Positions 30,793 to 46,549 of a stretch of 64,000 bases of DNA are shown in pieces (the first letter of the stretch is position 1; each line of letters opens with the position of its first letter). This stretch comes from Eledone cirrhosa (Eukaryota): contig OZ024754.1 of assembly GCA_964016885.1 (NCBI GenBank), forward strand, positions 20,708,001 to 20,772,000, in the 5' to 3' direction. A model generated the notes under the pieces. It ran no database searches, was not told where the DNA came from, and worked only from the letters and a program-made list of their open reading frames with translations. Both the position numbers and the translations under genes were made by a program.

Positions 30793-33700
30793 ATATTACC
30801 CTTGGTATTAACATAGACTCCCTCCCATATTACCCTTAGTATTAACATAGAGACTCCCTCCCATATTAACATTGGTATTAACATAGACTCCCGCCCATAT
30901 TACCCTTGGTATTAACATAGACTCCCTCCCATATTAGACTTGGTATTAACATAGACTCCCTCCCATATTACCGTTGGTATTAACATAGACTCCCTCCCAT
31001 ATTACCCTTGGTATTAACATAGACTCCTCCCATATTACCCTTGGTATTAACATAGACTCCCTCCCATATTAGCCTTGGTATTAATATAGAGACGCCGCCC
31101 CCCCATTTTACCCTTGGTATTAACATAGACTCGCTCCCATATTACCCTTGGTATTAACATAGACTCCCTCCCATATTACCCTTGGTATTAACATAGACTA
31201 CCTCCCATATTACCCTGGGTCTTAACATAGACTCCCTCCCATATTAGACTTGGTATTAACATAGACTCCCTGCCATATTACCCTTTGTATTAACATAGAC
31301 TCCCTCCCATATTACCCTTGGTATTAACATAGGGACTCCCTCAATTATTACCCTTGGTATTAACATAGAGATTCCCCCCCATATTACCCTTGGTATTAAT
31401 ATAGAGACTCCCCCCCCCATATTACCCTTGGTATTAATATAGAGACTCCCTCCCATATTAACCTTGGTGTTAACATAGACTCCCTCCCATATTACCCTTG
31501 GTATTAACATAGAGACCGCCCCCCCATATTACCCTTGGTATTAACATAGACTCCCTCCCATATTACCCTTGGTATTAACATAGACTCCATCCCATATTAC
31601 CGTTGGTATTAACATAGGGACTCCCTCCCATATTAGCCATGGTATTAACATAGGGACTCCCTCCCATATTAGCCTTGGTATTAACATAGACTCCCTCCCA
31701 TATTAGCCTTGGTATTTACATAGACTCCCTCCCATATTACCCGTGGTATTAACATAGACTCCTCCCATATTACCCTTGGTATTAACATAGGGACTCCCTC
31801 CCATATTACCCTTGGTATTAACATAGAGACTCCCCCCCATATTAACCTTGGTATTAATATAGAGACTCCCCCCCCAATATTACCCTCGGTATTAATATAG
31901 AGACTCCCTCCCATATTAACCTTGGTGTTAACATAGACTCCCTCCCATATTACCCTTGGTATTAACATAGGGACTCCCTCCCATATTACCCTTGGTATTA
32001 ACATAGAGACCGCCCCCCATATTACCCTTGGTATTAACATAGACTCCCTCCCATATTACCTTTGGTATTAACATAGACTCCATCCCATATTACCCTTGGT
32101 ATTAACATAGACTCCCTCACATATTACAATTGGTGTTAACATAGACTCCCTCCCATATTACCGTTGGTATTAAAATAGAGAATCTCTCCCATATTAGCCT
32201 TGGTATTAACATAGGGACTCCCTCCCATATTAGCCTTGGTATTAACATAGACTCCCTCCCATATTACCCTTGGTATTTACATAGACTCCCTCCCATATTA
32301 CCCTTGGTATTAACATAGACTCCTCCCATATTACCCTTGGTATTAACATAGGGACTCCCTCCCATATTACCCTTGGTATTAACATAGAGACTCCCTCCCA
32401 TATTATCCTTGGTATTAACATAGACTACCTCCCATATTACCCTGGGTCTTAACATAGACTCCCTCCCATATTAGACTTGGTATTAACATAGACTCCCTCC
32501 CATATTACCCTTGGTATTAACATAGACTCCCTCCCATATTACCCTTGGTATTAACATAGGGACTCCCTCCCATATTAGCCTTGGTATTAACATAGACTCC
32601 CTCCCATATTACCCTTGGTATTAACATAGACTCCCTCCCATATTACCCTTAGTATTAACATAGAGACTCCCTCCCATATTAACATTGGTATTAACATAGA
32701 CTCCCGCCCATATTACCCTTGGTATTAACATAGACTCCCTCCCATATTAGACTTGGTATTAACATAGACTCCCTCCCATATTACCGTTGGTATTAACATA
32801 GACTCCCTCCCATATTACCCTTGGTATTAACATAGACTCCTCCCATATTACCCTTGGTATTAACATAGACTCCCTCCCATATTAGCCTTGGTATTAATAT
32901 AGAGACGCCGCCCCCCCATTTTACCCTTGGTATTAACATAGACTCGCTCCCATATTACCCTTGGTATTAACATAGACTCCCTCCCATATTACCCTTGGTA
33001 TTAACATAGACTACCTCCCATATTACCCTGGGTCTTAACATAGACTCCCTCCCATATTAGACTTGGTATTAACATAGACTCCCTGCCATATTACCCTTTG
33101 TATTAACATAGACTCCCTCCCATATTACCCTTGGTATTAACATAGGGACTCCCTCAATTATTACCCTTGGTATTAACATAGAGATTCCCCCCCATATTAC
33201 CCTTGGTATTAATATAGAGACTCCCCCCCCATATTACCCTTGGTATTAATATAGAGACTCCCTCCCATATTAACCTTGGTGTTAACATAGACTCCCTCCC
33301 ATATTACCCTTGGTATTAACATAGAGACCGCCCCCCCATATTACCCTTGGTATTAACATAGACTCCCTCCCATATTACCCTTGGTATTAACATAGACTCC
33401 ATCCCATATTACCGTTGGTATTAACATAGGGACTCCCTCCCATATTAGCCTTGGTATTAACATAGGGACTCCCTCCCATATTAGCCTTGGTATTAACATA
33501 GACTCCCTCCCATATTAGCCTTGGTATTTACATAGACTCCCTCCCATATTACCCGTGGTATTAACATAGACTCCTCCCATATTACCCTTGGTATTAACAT
33601 AGGGACTCCCTCCCATATTACCCTTGGTATTAACATAGAGACTCCCCCCCATATTAACCTTGGTATTAATATAGAGACTCCCCCCCCAATATTACCCTCG

Positions 33701-34462
33701 GTATTAATATAGAGACTCCCTCCCATATTAACCTTGGTGTTAACATAGACTCCCTCCCATATTACCCTTGGTATTAACATAGGGACTCCCTCCCATATTA
33801 CCCTTGGTATTAACATAGAGACCGCCCCCCATATTACCCTTGGTATTAACATAGACTCCCTCCCATATTACCTTTGGTATTAACATAGACTCCATCCCAT
33901 ATTACCCTTGGTATTAACATAGACTCCCTCACATATTACAATTGGTGTTAACATAGACTCCCTCCCATATTACCGTTGGTATTAAAATAGAGAATCTCTC
34001 CCATATTAGCCTTGGTATTAACATAGGGACTCCCTCCCATATTAGCCTTGGTATTAACATAGACTCCCTCCCATATTACCCTTGGTATTTACATAGACTC
34101 CCTCCCATATTACCCTTGGTATTAACATAGACTCCTCCCATATTACCCTTGGTATTAACATAGGGACTCCCTCCCATATTACCCTTGGTATTAACATAGA
34201 GACTCCCTCCCATATTATCCTTGGTATTAACATAGACTACCTCCCATATTACCCTGGGTCTTAACATAGACTCCCTCCCATATTAGACTTGGTATTAACA
34301 TAGACTCCCTCCCATATTACCCTTGGTATTAACATAGACTCCCTCCCATATTACCCTTGGTATTAACATAGGGACTCCCTCCCATATTAGCCTTGGTATT
34401 AACATAGACTCCCTCCCATATTACCCTTGGTATTAACATAGACTCCCTCCCATATTACCCTT
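30793..34462. repeat. Near-perfect tandem duplication, period 1812 bp
   Basis: Identical ORF pairs 31681/33493 and 32264/34076. Private variants GAGATTCCCC (about 31368/33181) and AAAATAGAGAATCTCTC (about 32172/33984) recur at this offset. Confidence 0.93.
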
Positions 34463-37400
34463 GGTATTAACATAGACTCCCTCCCATGTTAGCCTTGGTA
34501 TTAACATAGACTCCTTCCCATATTAGCCTTGGTATTAACATAGACTCCCTCCCATATTAGGCTTGGTATTAACATAGACTCCCTCCCATATTAGCCTTGG
34601 TATAAATATAGACTCCCTCCCATATTACCCTTGGTACTAACATAGACTCCCTCCCATATTACCCTTGGTATTAACATAGACTCCCTCCCATATTACCCTT
34701 GGTATTACCATAGACTCCTCCCATATTACCCTTGGTATTAACAGACTCTCTCCCATATCAGCCTTGGTATTAACATAGAGACTCCAACCCCCATATTACC
34801 CTTGGTATTAACATAGACTCCCTCCCATATTACCCTTGGTATTAACATAGACTCCCTCCCATATTGCCCTTGGTATTATCATAGACTCCCTCACATATTA
34901 CCCTTGGTATTAACATAGACTCCCTCCCATATTACCCTTGGTATTAACATAGACTCCTCCCATATTACCCTTGGTATTAATATAGAGACTCCGCCCCCCC
35001 ATATTACCCTTGGTATTAACATAGACTCGCTCCCATATTACCCTTGGTATTAACATAGACTCCCTCCCATATTACCCTTGGTATTAACATAGACTACCTC
35101 CCATATTACCCTGGGTCTTAACATAAACTCCCTCCCATATTAGACTTGGTATTAACAAAGACTCCCTGCCATATTACCCTTTGTATTAACATAGACTCCC
35201 TCCCATATTACCCTTGGTATTAACATAGACTCCCTCCCATATTACCCTTGGATTTAACATAGGGACTTCCTCCCATATTACCCTTGGTATTAACATAGAG
35301 ACTCCCCCCCATATTACCCTTGGTATTAATATAGAGACTCCCCCCAATATTACCCTTGGTATTAATATAGAGACTCCCTCCCATATTAACCTTGGTGTTA
35401 ACATAGACTCCCTCCCATATTACCCTCGGTATTAACATAGGGACTCCCTCCCATATTACTCTTGGTATTAACATAGAGACCGCCCACCATATTACCCTTG
35501 GTATTAACATAGACTCCCTCCCATATTACCCTTGGTATTAACATAGACTCCATCCCATATTACCCTTGGTATTAACATAGACTCCCTCACATATTACAAT
35601 TGGTGTTAACATAGACTCCCTCCCATATTACCGTTGGTATTAACATAGGGACTCTCTCCCATATTAGCCTTGGTATTAACATAGGGACTCCCTTCCATAT
35701 TAGCCTTGGTATTAACATAGACTCCCTCCCATATTAGCCTTGGTATTTACATAGACTCCCTCCCATATTACCCTTGGTATTAACATAGACTCCCTCCCAT
35801 ATTACCCTTGGTATTAACATGGGGACTCCCTCCCATATTACCCTTGGTATTAACATAGAGACTCCCTCCCATATTATCGTTGGTATTAACATAGACTACC
35901 TCCCATATTACCCTGGGTCTTAACATAGCCTCCCTCCCATATTAGACTTGGTATTAACATAGACTCCCTCCCATATTACCCTTGGTATTAACATAGGGAC
36001 TCCCTCCCATATTACCCTTGGTATTAACATAGAGACTCCCCCCATATTACCCTTGGTATTAATGTAGAGACTCCCTCCCATATTAACCTTGGTGTTAACA
36101 TAGACTCCCTCCCATATTACCCTTGGTATTAACATAGGGACTCCCTCCCATATTACCCTTGGTATTAACATAGACTCCCTGCCATATTACCCTTGGTATT
36201 AACATAGAGACTCCCTCCCATATTAACATTGGTATTAACATAGACTCCCTCCCATATTACCCTTGGTATTAACATAGACTCCCTCCCATATTAGACTTGG
36301 TATTAACATAGACTCCCTCCCATATTACCCTTGGTATTAACATAGACTCCCTCCCATATTACCCTTGGTATTAACATAGACTCCTCCCATATTACCCTTG
36401 GTATTAACATAGACTCCCTCCCATATTAGCCTTGGTATTAATATAGAGACTCTGCCCCCCCCCCCCATTTTACCCTTGGTATTAACATAGACTCGCTCCC
36501 ATATTACCCTTGGTATTAACATAGACTCCCTCCCATATTACCCTTGGTATTAACATAGACTACCTCCCATATTACCCTGGGTCTTAACATAGACTCCCTC
36601 CCATATTAGACTTGGTATTAACATAGACTCCCTGCCATATTACCCTTTGTATTAACATAAACTCCCTCCCATATTACCCTTGGTATTAACATAGGGACTC
36701 CCTCCATTATTACCCTTGGTATTAACATAGAGACTCCCCCCCATATTACCCTTGGTATTAATATAGAGACTCCCCCCCCATATTACCCTTGGTATTAATA
36801 TAGAGACTCCCTCCCATATTAACCTTTGTGTTAACATAGACTCCCTCCCATATTACCCTTGGTATTAACATAGACTCCCTCCCATATTACCCTTGGTATT
36901 AACATAGACTACCTGCCATATTACCCTTTGTATTAACATAGACTCCCTCCCATATTACCCTTGGTATTAACATAGACTCCCTCCCATATTAGCCAGGGTA
37001 TTAACATAGAGACTCCCCCCCCCCCATATTACCCTTGGTATTAATATAGACTCCCTCCCATATTACCCTTGGTATTAACATAGACCCCCTCCCATATTAC
37101 CCATGGTATTAACATAGACTCCCTCCCATATTACCCTTGGTATTAACATAGACTCCCTGCCATATTACCCTTTGTATTAACATAGACTCCCTCCCATATT
37201 ACCTTGGTATTAACATAGACTCCATCCCATATTACCCTTGGTATTAACATAGACTCCCTCACATATTACAATTGGTGTTAACATAGACTCCCAACCATAT
37301 TACCGTTGGTATTAACATAGGGACTCTCTCCCATATTAGCCTTGGTATTAACATAGGGACTCCCTCCCATATTAGCCTTGGTATTAACATAGACTCCCTC

Positions 37401-40400
37401 CCATATTAGCCTTGGTATTTACATAGACTCCCTCCCATATTACCCTTGGTATTAACATAGACTCCCTCCCATATTACCCTTGGTATTAACATAGGGACTC
37501 CCTCCCATATTACCCTTGGTATTAACATAGAGACTCCCTCCCATATTATCCTTGGTATTAACATAGACTCCATGCCATATTACCCTTTGTATTAACATAG
37601 AGTAACTCCCATATTACCCTGGGTCTTAACATAGACTCCCTCCCATATTAGACTATGTATTAACATAGACTCCCTCCCATATTACCCTTGGTATTTACAT
37701 AGGGACTCTCTCCCATATTACCCTTGGTATTAACATAGAGACTCCCCCCCATATTACCCTTGGTATTCATGTAGATAATCCCTCCCATATTAACCTTGGT
37801 GTTAACATAGACTCCCTCCCATATTAGCCTTGGTATTAACATAGGGACTCCCTCCCATATTAGCCTTGGTATTTACGTAGACTCCCTCCCATATTACCCT
37901 TGGTATTAACATAGACTCCCTCCCATATTACCCTTGGTATTAACATAGACTCCCTCCCATATTACCCTTGGTATTTACATAGACTCCCTCCCATATTACC
38001 CTTAGTATTAACATAGAGACTCCCTCCCATATTAACATTGGTATTAACATAGACTCCTGCCCATATTACCCTTGGTATTAACATAGACTCCCTCCCATAT
38101 TAGACTTGGTATTAACATAGACTCCCTCCCATATTACCCTTGGTATTAACATAGACTCCCTCCCATACTACCCTTGGTATTAACATAGACTCCTCCCATA
38201 TTACCCTTGGTATTAACATAGACTCCCTCCCATATTAGCCTTGGTATTAATATATAGACGCCGCCCCCCCATTTTACCCTTGGTATTAACATAGACTCGC
38301 TCCCATATTACCCTTGGTATTAACATAGACTCCCTCCCATATTACCCTTGGTATTAACATAGACTACCTCCCATATTACCCTGGGTCTTAACATAGACTC
38401 CCTCCCATATTAGACTTGGTATTAAAATAGACTCCCTGCCATATTACCCTTTGTATTAACATAGACTCCCTCCCATATTACCCTTGGTATTAACATAGGG
38501 ACTCCCTCAATTATTACCCTTGGTATTAACATAGAGACTCCCCCCCATATTACCCTTGGTATTAATATAGAGACTCCCCCCCATATTACCCTTGGTATTA
38601 ATATAGAGACTCCCTCCCATATTAACCTTGGTGTTAACATAGACTCCCTCCCATATTACCCTTGGTATTAACATAGAGACCGCCCCCCCATATTACCCTT
38701 GGTATTAACATAGACTCCCACCCATATTACCCTTGGTATTAACATAGACTCCATCCCATATTACCGTTGGTATTAACATAGGGACTCCCTCCCATATTAG
38801 CCTTGGTATTAACATAGGGACTCCCTCCCATATTAGCCTTGGTATTAACATAGACTCCCTCCCATATTAGCCTTGGTATTTACATAGACTCCCTCCCATA
38901 TTACCCTTGGTATTAACATAGGGAATCCCTCCCATATTACCCTTGGTATTATCATAGACTCCCTCCCATATTACCTTTGGTATTAACATAGGGACTCCCT
39001 CCCATATTACCCTTGGTATTAACATAGAGACTCCCCCCCATATTACCCTTGGTATTAATATAGAGACTCCCCCCCAATATTACCCTTGGTATTAATATAT
39101 AGAGACTCCCTCCCATATTACCCTTGGTATTAACATAGGGACTCCCTCCCATATTACCCTTGGTATTAACATAGAGACCGCCCCCCATATTACCCTTGGT
39201 ATTAACATAGACTCCCTCCCATATTACCCTTGGTATTAACATAGACTCCATCCCATATTACCCTTGGTATTAACATAGACTCCCTCACATATTACAATTG
39301 GTGTTAACATAGACTCCCTCCCATATTACCGTTGTTATTAAAATAGTGAATCTCTCCCATATTAGCCTTGGTATTAACATAGGGACTCCCTCCCATATTA
39401 GCCTTGGTATTAACATAGACTCCCTCCCATATTAGCCTTGGTATTTACATAGACTCCCTCCCATATTACCCTTGGTATTAACATAGACTCCTCCCATATT
39501 ACCCTTGGTATTAACATAGGGACTCCCTCCCATATTACCCTTGGTATTAACATAGAGACTCCCTCCCATATTATCCTTGGTATTAACATAGACTACCTCC
39601 CATATTACCCTGGGTCTTAACATAGACTCCCTCCCATATTAGACTTGGTATTAACATAGACTCCCTCCCATATTACCCTTGGTATTAACATAGGGACTCC
39701 CTCCCATATTAGCCTTGGTATTAACATAGACTCCCTCCCATATTACCCTTGGTATTAACATAGACTCCCTCCCATATTACCCTTGGTATTAACATAGACT
39801 CCTTCCCATGTTAGCCTTGGTATTAACATAGACTCCTTCCCATATTAGCCTTGGTATTAACATAGACTCCCTCCCATATTAGGCTTGGTATTAACATAGA
39901 CTCCCTCCCAAATTAGCCTTGGTATAAACATAGACTCCTTCCCATATTACCCTTGGTACTAACATAGACTCCCTCCCATATTACCCTTGGTATTACCATA
40001 GACTCCTCCCATATTACCATTGGTATTAACAGACTCTCTCCCATATCAGCATTGGTATTAACATAGAGACTCCAACCCCCATATTACCCTTGGTATTAAC
40101 ATAGACTCCCTCCCATATTACCCTTGGTATTAACATAGACTCCCTCCCATATTGCCCTTGGTATTATCATAGACTCCCTCACATGTTACCCTTGGTATTA
40201 ACATAGACTCCCTCCCATATTACCCTTGGTATTAATATAGAGACTCCGCCCCCCCATATTACCCTTGGTATTAACATAGACTCGCTCCCATATTACCCTT
40301 GGTATTAACATAGACTCCCTCCCATATTACCCTTGGTATTAACATAGACTATCTCCCATATTACCCTGGGTCTTAACATAGACTCCCTCCCATATTAGAC

Positions 40401-42010
40401 TTGGTATTAACAAAGACTCCCTGTCATATTGCCCTTTGTATTAACATAGACTCCCTCCCATATTACCCTTGGTATTAACATAGACTCCCTCCCATATTAC
40501 CCTTGGTTTTAACATAGGGACTTCCTCCCATATTACCCTTGGTATTAACATAGAGACTCCCCCCCATATTACCCTTGGTATTAATATAGAGACGCCCCCC
40601 AATATTACCCTTGGTATTAATATAGAGACTCCCTCCCATATTAACCTTGGTGTTAACATAGACTCCCTCCCATATTACCCTTGGTATTAACATAGGGACT
40701 CCCTCCCATATTACTCTTGGTATTAACATAGAGACCGCCCCCCATATTACCCTTGGTATTAACATAGACTCCCTCCCATATTACCCTTGGTATTAACATA
40801 GACTCCATCCCATATTACCCTTGGTATTAACATAGACTCCCTCACATATTACAATTGGTGTTAACATAGACTCCCTCCCATATTACCGTTGGTATTAACA
40901 TAGGGACTCTCTCCCATATTAGCCTTGGTATTAACATAGGGACTCCCTTCCATATTAGCCTTGGTATTAACATAGACTCCCTCCCATATTAGCCTTGGTA
41001 TTTACATAGACTCCCTCCCATATTACCCTTGGTATTAACATGGGGACTCCCTCCCATATTACCCTTGGTATTAACATAGAGACTCCCTCCCATATTATCC
41101 TTGGTATTAACATAGACTACCTCCCATATTACCCTGGGTCTTAACATAGCCTCCCTCCCTTATTAGACTTGGTATTAACATAGACTCCCTCCCATATTAC
41201 CCTTGGTATTAACATAGGGACTCCCTCCCATATTACCCTTGGTATTAACATAGAGACTCCCCCCATATTACCCTTGGTATTAATGTAGAGACTCCCTCCC
41301 ATATTAACATTGGTGTTAACATAGACTCCCTCCCATATTACCCTTGGTATTAACATAGGGACTCCCTCCCATATTAGCCTTGGTATTAACATAGGGACTC
41401 CCTCCCATATTAGCCTTGGTATTTACATAGACTCCCTCCCATATTACCCTTGGTATTAACATAGACTCCCTCCCATATTACCCTTGGTATTAACATAGAC
41501 TCCCTGCCATATTACCCTTGGTATTAACATAGAGACTCCCTCCCATATTAACATTGGTATTAACATAGACTCCCTCCCATATTACCCTTGGTATTAACAT
41601 AGACTCCCTCCCATATCAGACTTGGTATTAACATAGACTCCCTCCCATATTACCCTTGGTATTAACATAGACTCCCTCCCATATTACCCTTGGTATTAAC
41701 ATAGACTACCTCCCATATTACCCTGGGTCTTAACATAGACTCCCTCCCATATTAGACTTGGTATTAACATAGACTCCCTGCCATATTACCCTTTGTATTA
41801 ACATAGACTCCCTCCCATATTACCCTTGGTATTAACATAGGGACTCCCTCCATTATTACCCTTGGTATTAACATAGAGACTCCCCCCATATTACCCTTGG
41901 TATTAATATAGAGACTCCCCCCCATATTACCCTTGGTATTAATATAGAGACTCCCTCCCATATTAACCTTTGTGTTAACATAGACTCCCTCCCATATTAC
42001 CCTTGGTATT
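33750..42010. repeat. Imperfect duplication, offset about 5.1-5.36 kb (about 33750-36870 vs about 39110-42010)
   Basis: Shared private variants AACATGGGGACT (about 35816/41037), GTCTTAACATAGCCTCCC (about 35917/41138) and AACCTTTGTG (about 36821/41966). ORF pairs 34076/39432, 35186/40441 and 35920/41141. Confidence 0.8.
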
Positions 42011-45000
42011 AACATAGACTCCATCCCATATTACCCTTGGTATTAACATAGACTCCCTCACATATTACAATTGGTGTTAACACAGACTCCCTCCCATATT
42101 ACCGTTGGTATTAACATAGGGACTCCCTCCCATATTAGACTTGGTATTAACATAGGGACTCCCTCCCATATTAGCCTTGGTAGTAACATAGACTCCCTCC
42201 CATATTAGCCTTGGTATGTACATAGACTCCCTCCCATATTACCCTTGGTATTAACATAGACTCCCTCCCATATTACCCTTGGTATTAACATAGGGACTCC
42301 CTCACATATTACCCTTGGTATTAACATAGACTACCTCCCATATTACCCTGGGTCTTAACATAGACTCCCTCCCATATTAGACTTGGTATTAACATAGTCT
42401 CCCTCCTATATTACCCTTGGCATTAACATAGACTCCCTCCCATATTACCCTTGGTATTAACATAGGGACTCCCTCCCATATTACCCTTGGTATTAACATA
42501 GAGACTCCCTCCATATTAGCCTTGGTATTAACATAGGGACTCCCTCCCATATTAGACTTGGTATTAACATAGACTCCCTCCCATATTACCCTTGGTATTA
42601 ACATAGACTCCCTCCCATATTAGCCTTGGTATTAACATAGACTCCCTCCCATATTAGACTTGGTATTAACATAGACTCCCTGCCATATTACCCTTTGTAT
42701 TAACATAGACTCCCTCCCATATTACCCTTGGTATTAACATAGACTACCTGCCATATTACCCTGGGTATTAACATAGACTCCTCCCATATTACCCTTGGTA
42801 TTAACATAGACTCCCTCCCATATTAGCCTTGGTATTAACATAGGGACTCCCTCCCATATTAGCCTTGGTATTAACATAGGGACTCCCTCCCATATTAGCC
42901 TTGGTATTTACATAGATTCCCTCCCATATTACCCTTGTTATTAACATAGACTCCCTCCCATATTACCCTTGGTATTAACATAGACTACCTGCCATATTAC
43001 CCTTTGTATTAACATAGACTCCCTCCCATATTACCCTTGGTATTAACATAGACTCCCTCCCATATTAGCCTTGGTATTAACATAGAGACTCCCCCCCCAT
43101 ATTACCCTTGGTATTAATATAGACTCCCTCCCATATTACCCTTGGTATTAACATAGACCCCCTCTCATATTACCCATGGTATTAACATAGACTCCCTCCC
43201 ATATTACCCTTGGTATTAACATAGACTCCCTGCCATATTACCCTTTGTATTAACATAGACTCCCTCCCATATTACCCTTGGTATTAACATAGACTCCATC
43301 CCTTATTACCCTTGGTATTAACATAGACTCCCTCACATATTACAATTGGTGTTAACATAGACTCCCTCCCATATTACCGTTGGTATTAACATAGGGACTC
43401 CATCCCATATTAGCCTTGGTATTAACATAGACTCCCCCCATATTACCCTTGGTATTAATGTAGAGACTCCGCCCCCCCCATTTTACCCTTGGTATTAACA
43501 TAGACTCGCTCACATATTACAATTGGTGTTAACATAGACTCCCTCCCATATTACCCTTGGTATTAACATAGACTCCATCCCATATTACCCTTGGTATTAA
43601 CATAGACTCCCTCACATATTACAATTGGTGTTAACATAGACTCCCTCCCATATTACCCTTGGTATTAACATAGACTCCATCCCATATTACCCTTGGTATT
43701 AACATAGACTCCTCCCATATTAACCTTGGTGTTAACATAGACTCCCTCCCATATTACCCTTGGTATTAACATAGGGACTCCCTCCCATATTAGCCTTGGT
43801 ATTAACATAGGGACTCCCTCCCATATTAGCCTTGGTATTTACATAGACTCCCTCCCATATTACCCTTGGTATTAACATAGACTCCCTCCCATATTACCCT
43901 TGGTATTAACATAGACTACCTGCCATATTACCCTTGGGATTAACATAGAGACTCCCCCCCATATTAACATTGGTATTAACATAGACTCCCTCCCATATTA
44001 CCCTTGGTATTAACATAGACTCCCTCCCATATTAGACTTGGTATTAACATAGACTCCCTCCCATATTGCCCTTGGTATTAACATAGACTCCCTCCCATAT
44101 TACCCTTGGTATTAACATAGACTCCTCCCATATTACCCTTGGTATTAACATAGACTCCCTCCCATATTAGCCTTGGTATTAATATAGAGACTCCGCCCAC
44201 CCCCCATTTTACCCTTGGTATTAACATAGACTCGCTCCCATATTACCCTTGGTATTAACATAGACTCCCTCCCATATTACCCTTGGTATTAACATAGACT
44301 ACCTCCCATATTACCCTGGGTCTTGACATAGACTCCCTCCCATATTAGACTTGGTATTAACATAGACTCCCTGCCATATTACCCTTTGTATTAACATAGA
44401 CGCCCTCCCATATTACCCTTTGTATTAACATAGACTCCCTCCCATATTACCCTTGGTATTAACATAGACTCCATCCCATATTACCCTTGGTATTAACATA
44501 GGGACTCCCTCCCATATTAGCCTTGGTATTAACATAGTCTCCCTCCCATATTACCCTTGGTATTAACATAGACTCCCTGCCATATTACCCTTGGTATTAA
44601 CATAGAGACTCCCTCCCATATTAACATTGGTATTAACATAGACTCCCTCCCATATTACCCTTGGTATTAACATAGACTCCCTCCCATATTACCCTTGGTA
44701 TTAACATAGGGACTCCCTCCCATATTACCCTTGGTATTAACATAGAGACTCCCTCCCATATTACCCTTGGTATTAACATAGACTACCTCCCATATTACCC
44801 TGGGTCTTAACATAGACTCCCTCCCATATTAGACTTGGTATTAACATAGACTCCCTCCTATATTACCCTTGGTATTAACATAGACTCCCTCCCATATTAC
44901 CCTTGGTATTAACATAGGGACTCCCTCCCATATTACCCTTGGTATTAACATAGAGACTCCCCCCATATTACCCTTGGTATTAATATAGAGACTCCCTCCC

Positions 45001-46549
45001 ATATTAACCTTGGTGTTAACATAGACTCCCTCCCATATTACCCTTGGTATTAACATAGGGACTCCCTCCCATATTAGCCTTGGTATTAACATAGGGACTC
45101 CCTCCCATATTAGACTTGGTATTAACATAGACTCCCTCCCATATTACCCTTGGTATTAACATAGACTCCTCCCATATTACCCTTGGTATTAACATAGACT
45201 CCCTCACATATTACCCTTGGTATTAACATAGACTCCCTCCCATATTAGACTTGGTATTAACATAGACTCCCTGCCATATTACCCTTTGTATTAACATAGA
45301 CTCCCTCCCATATTACCCTTGGTATTAACATAGACTACCTGCCATATTACCCTTGGTATTAACATAGACTCCTCCCATATTACCCTTGGTATTAACATAG
45401 ACTCCCTCCCATATTAGCCTTGGTATTAACATAGGGACTCCCTCCCATATTAGCCTTGGTATTAACATAGGGACTCCCTCCCATATTAGCCTTGGTATTT
45501 ACATAGATTCCCTCCCATATTACCCTTGGTATTAACATAGACTCCCTCCCATATTACCCTTGGTATTAACATAGACTACCTGCCATATTACCCTTTGTAT
45601 TAACATAGACTCCCTCCCATATTACCCTTGGTATTAACATAGACTCCCTCCCATATTAGCCTTGGTATTAACATAGAGACTCCCCCCCCCCATATTACCC
45701 TTGGTATTAATATAGACTCCCTCCCATATTACCCTTGGTATTAACATAGACCCCCTCCCATATTACCCATGGTATTAACATAGACTCCCTCCCATATTAC
45801 CCTTGGTATTAACATAGACTCCCTGCCATATTACCCTTTGTATTAACATAGACTCCCTCCCATATTACCCTTGGTAGTAACATAGACTCCCTCACATATT
45901 ACAATTGGTGTTAACATAGACTCCCAACCATATTACCGTTGGTATTAACATAGGGACTCTCTCCCATATTAGCCTTGGTATTAACATAGGGACTCCCTCC
46001 CATATTAACTTTGGTATTAACATAGACTCCCTCCCATATTAGCCTTGGTATTTACATAGACTCCCTCCCATATTACCCTTGGTATTAACATAGACTCCCT
46101 CCCATATTACCCTTGGTATTAACATAGAGACTCCCTCCCATATTATCCTTGGTATTAACATAGACTCCCTGCCATATTACCCTTTGTATTAACATAGACT
46201 AACTCCCATATTACCCTGGGTCTTAACATAGACTCCCTCCCATATTAGACTAGGTATTAACATAGACTCCCTCCCATATTACCCTTGGTATTAACATAGG
46301 GACTCTCTCCCATATTACCCTTGGTATTAACATAGAGACTCCCCCCCATATTACCCTTGGTATTAATGGAGAGACTCCCTCCCATATTAACCTTGGTGTT
46401 AACATAGACTCCCTCCCATATTAGCCTTGGTATTAACATAGGGACTCCCTCCCATATTAGCCTTGGTATTAACATAGGGACTCCCTCCCATATTAGCCTT
46501 GGTATTTACATAGACTCCCTCCCATATTACCCTTGGTATTAACATAGAC

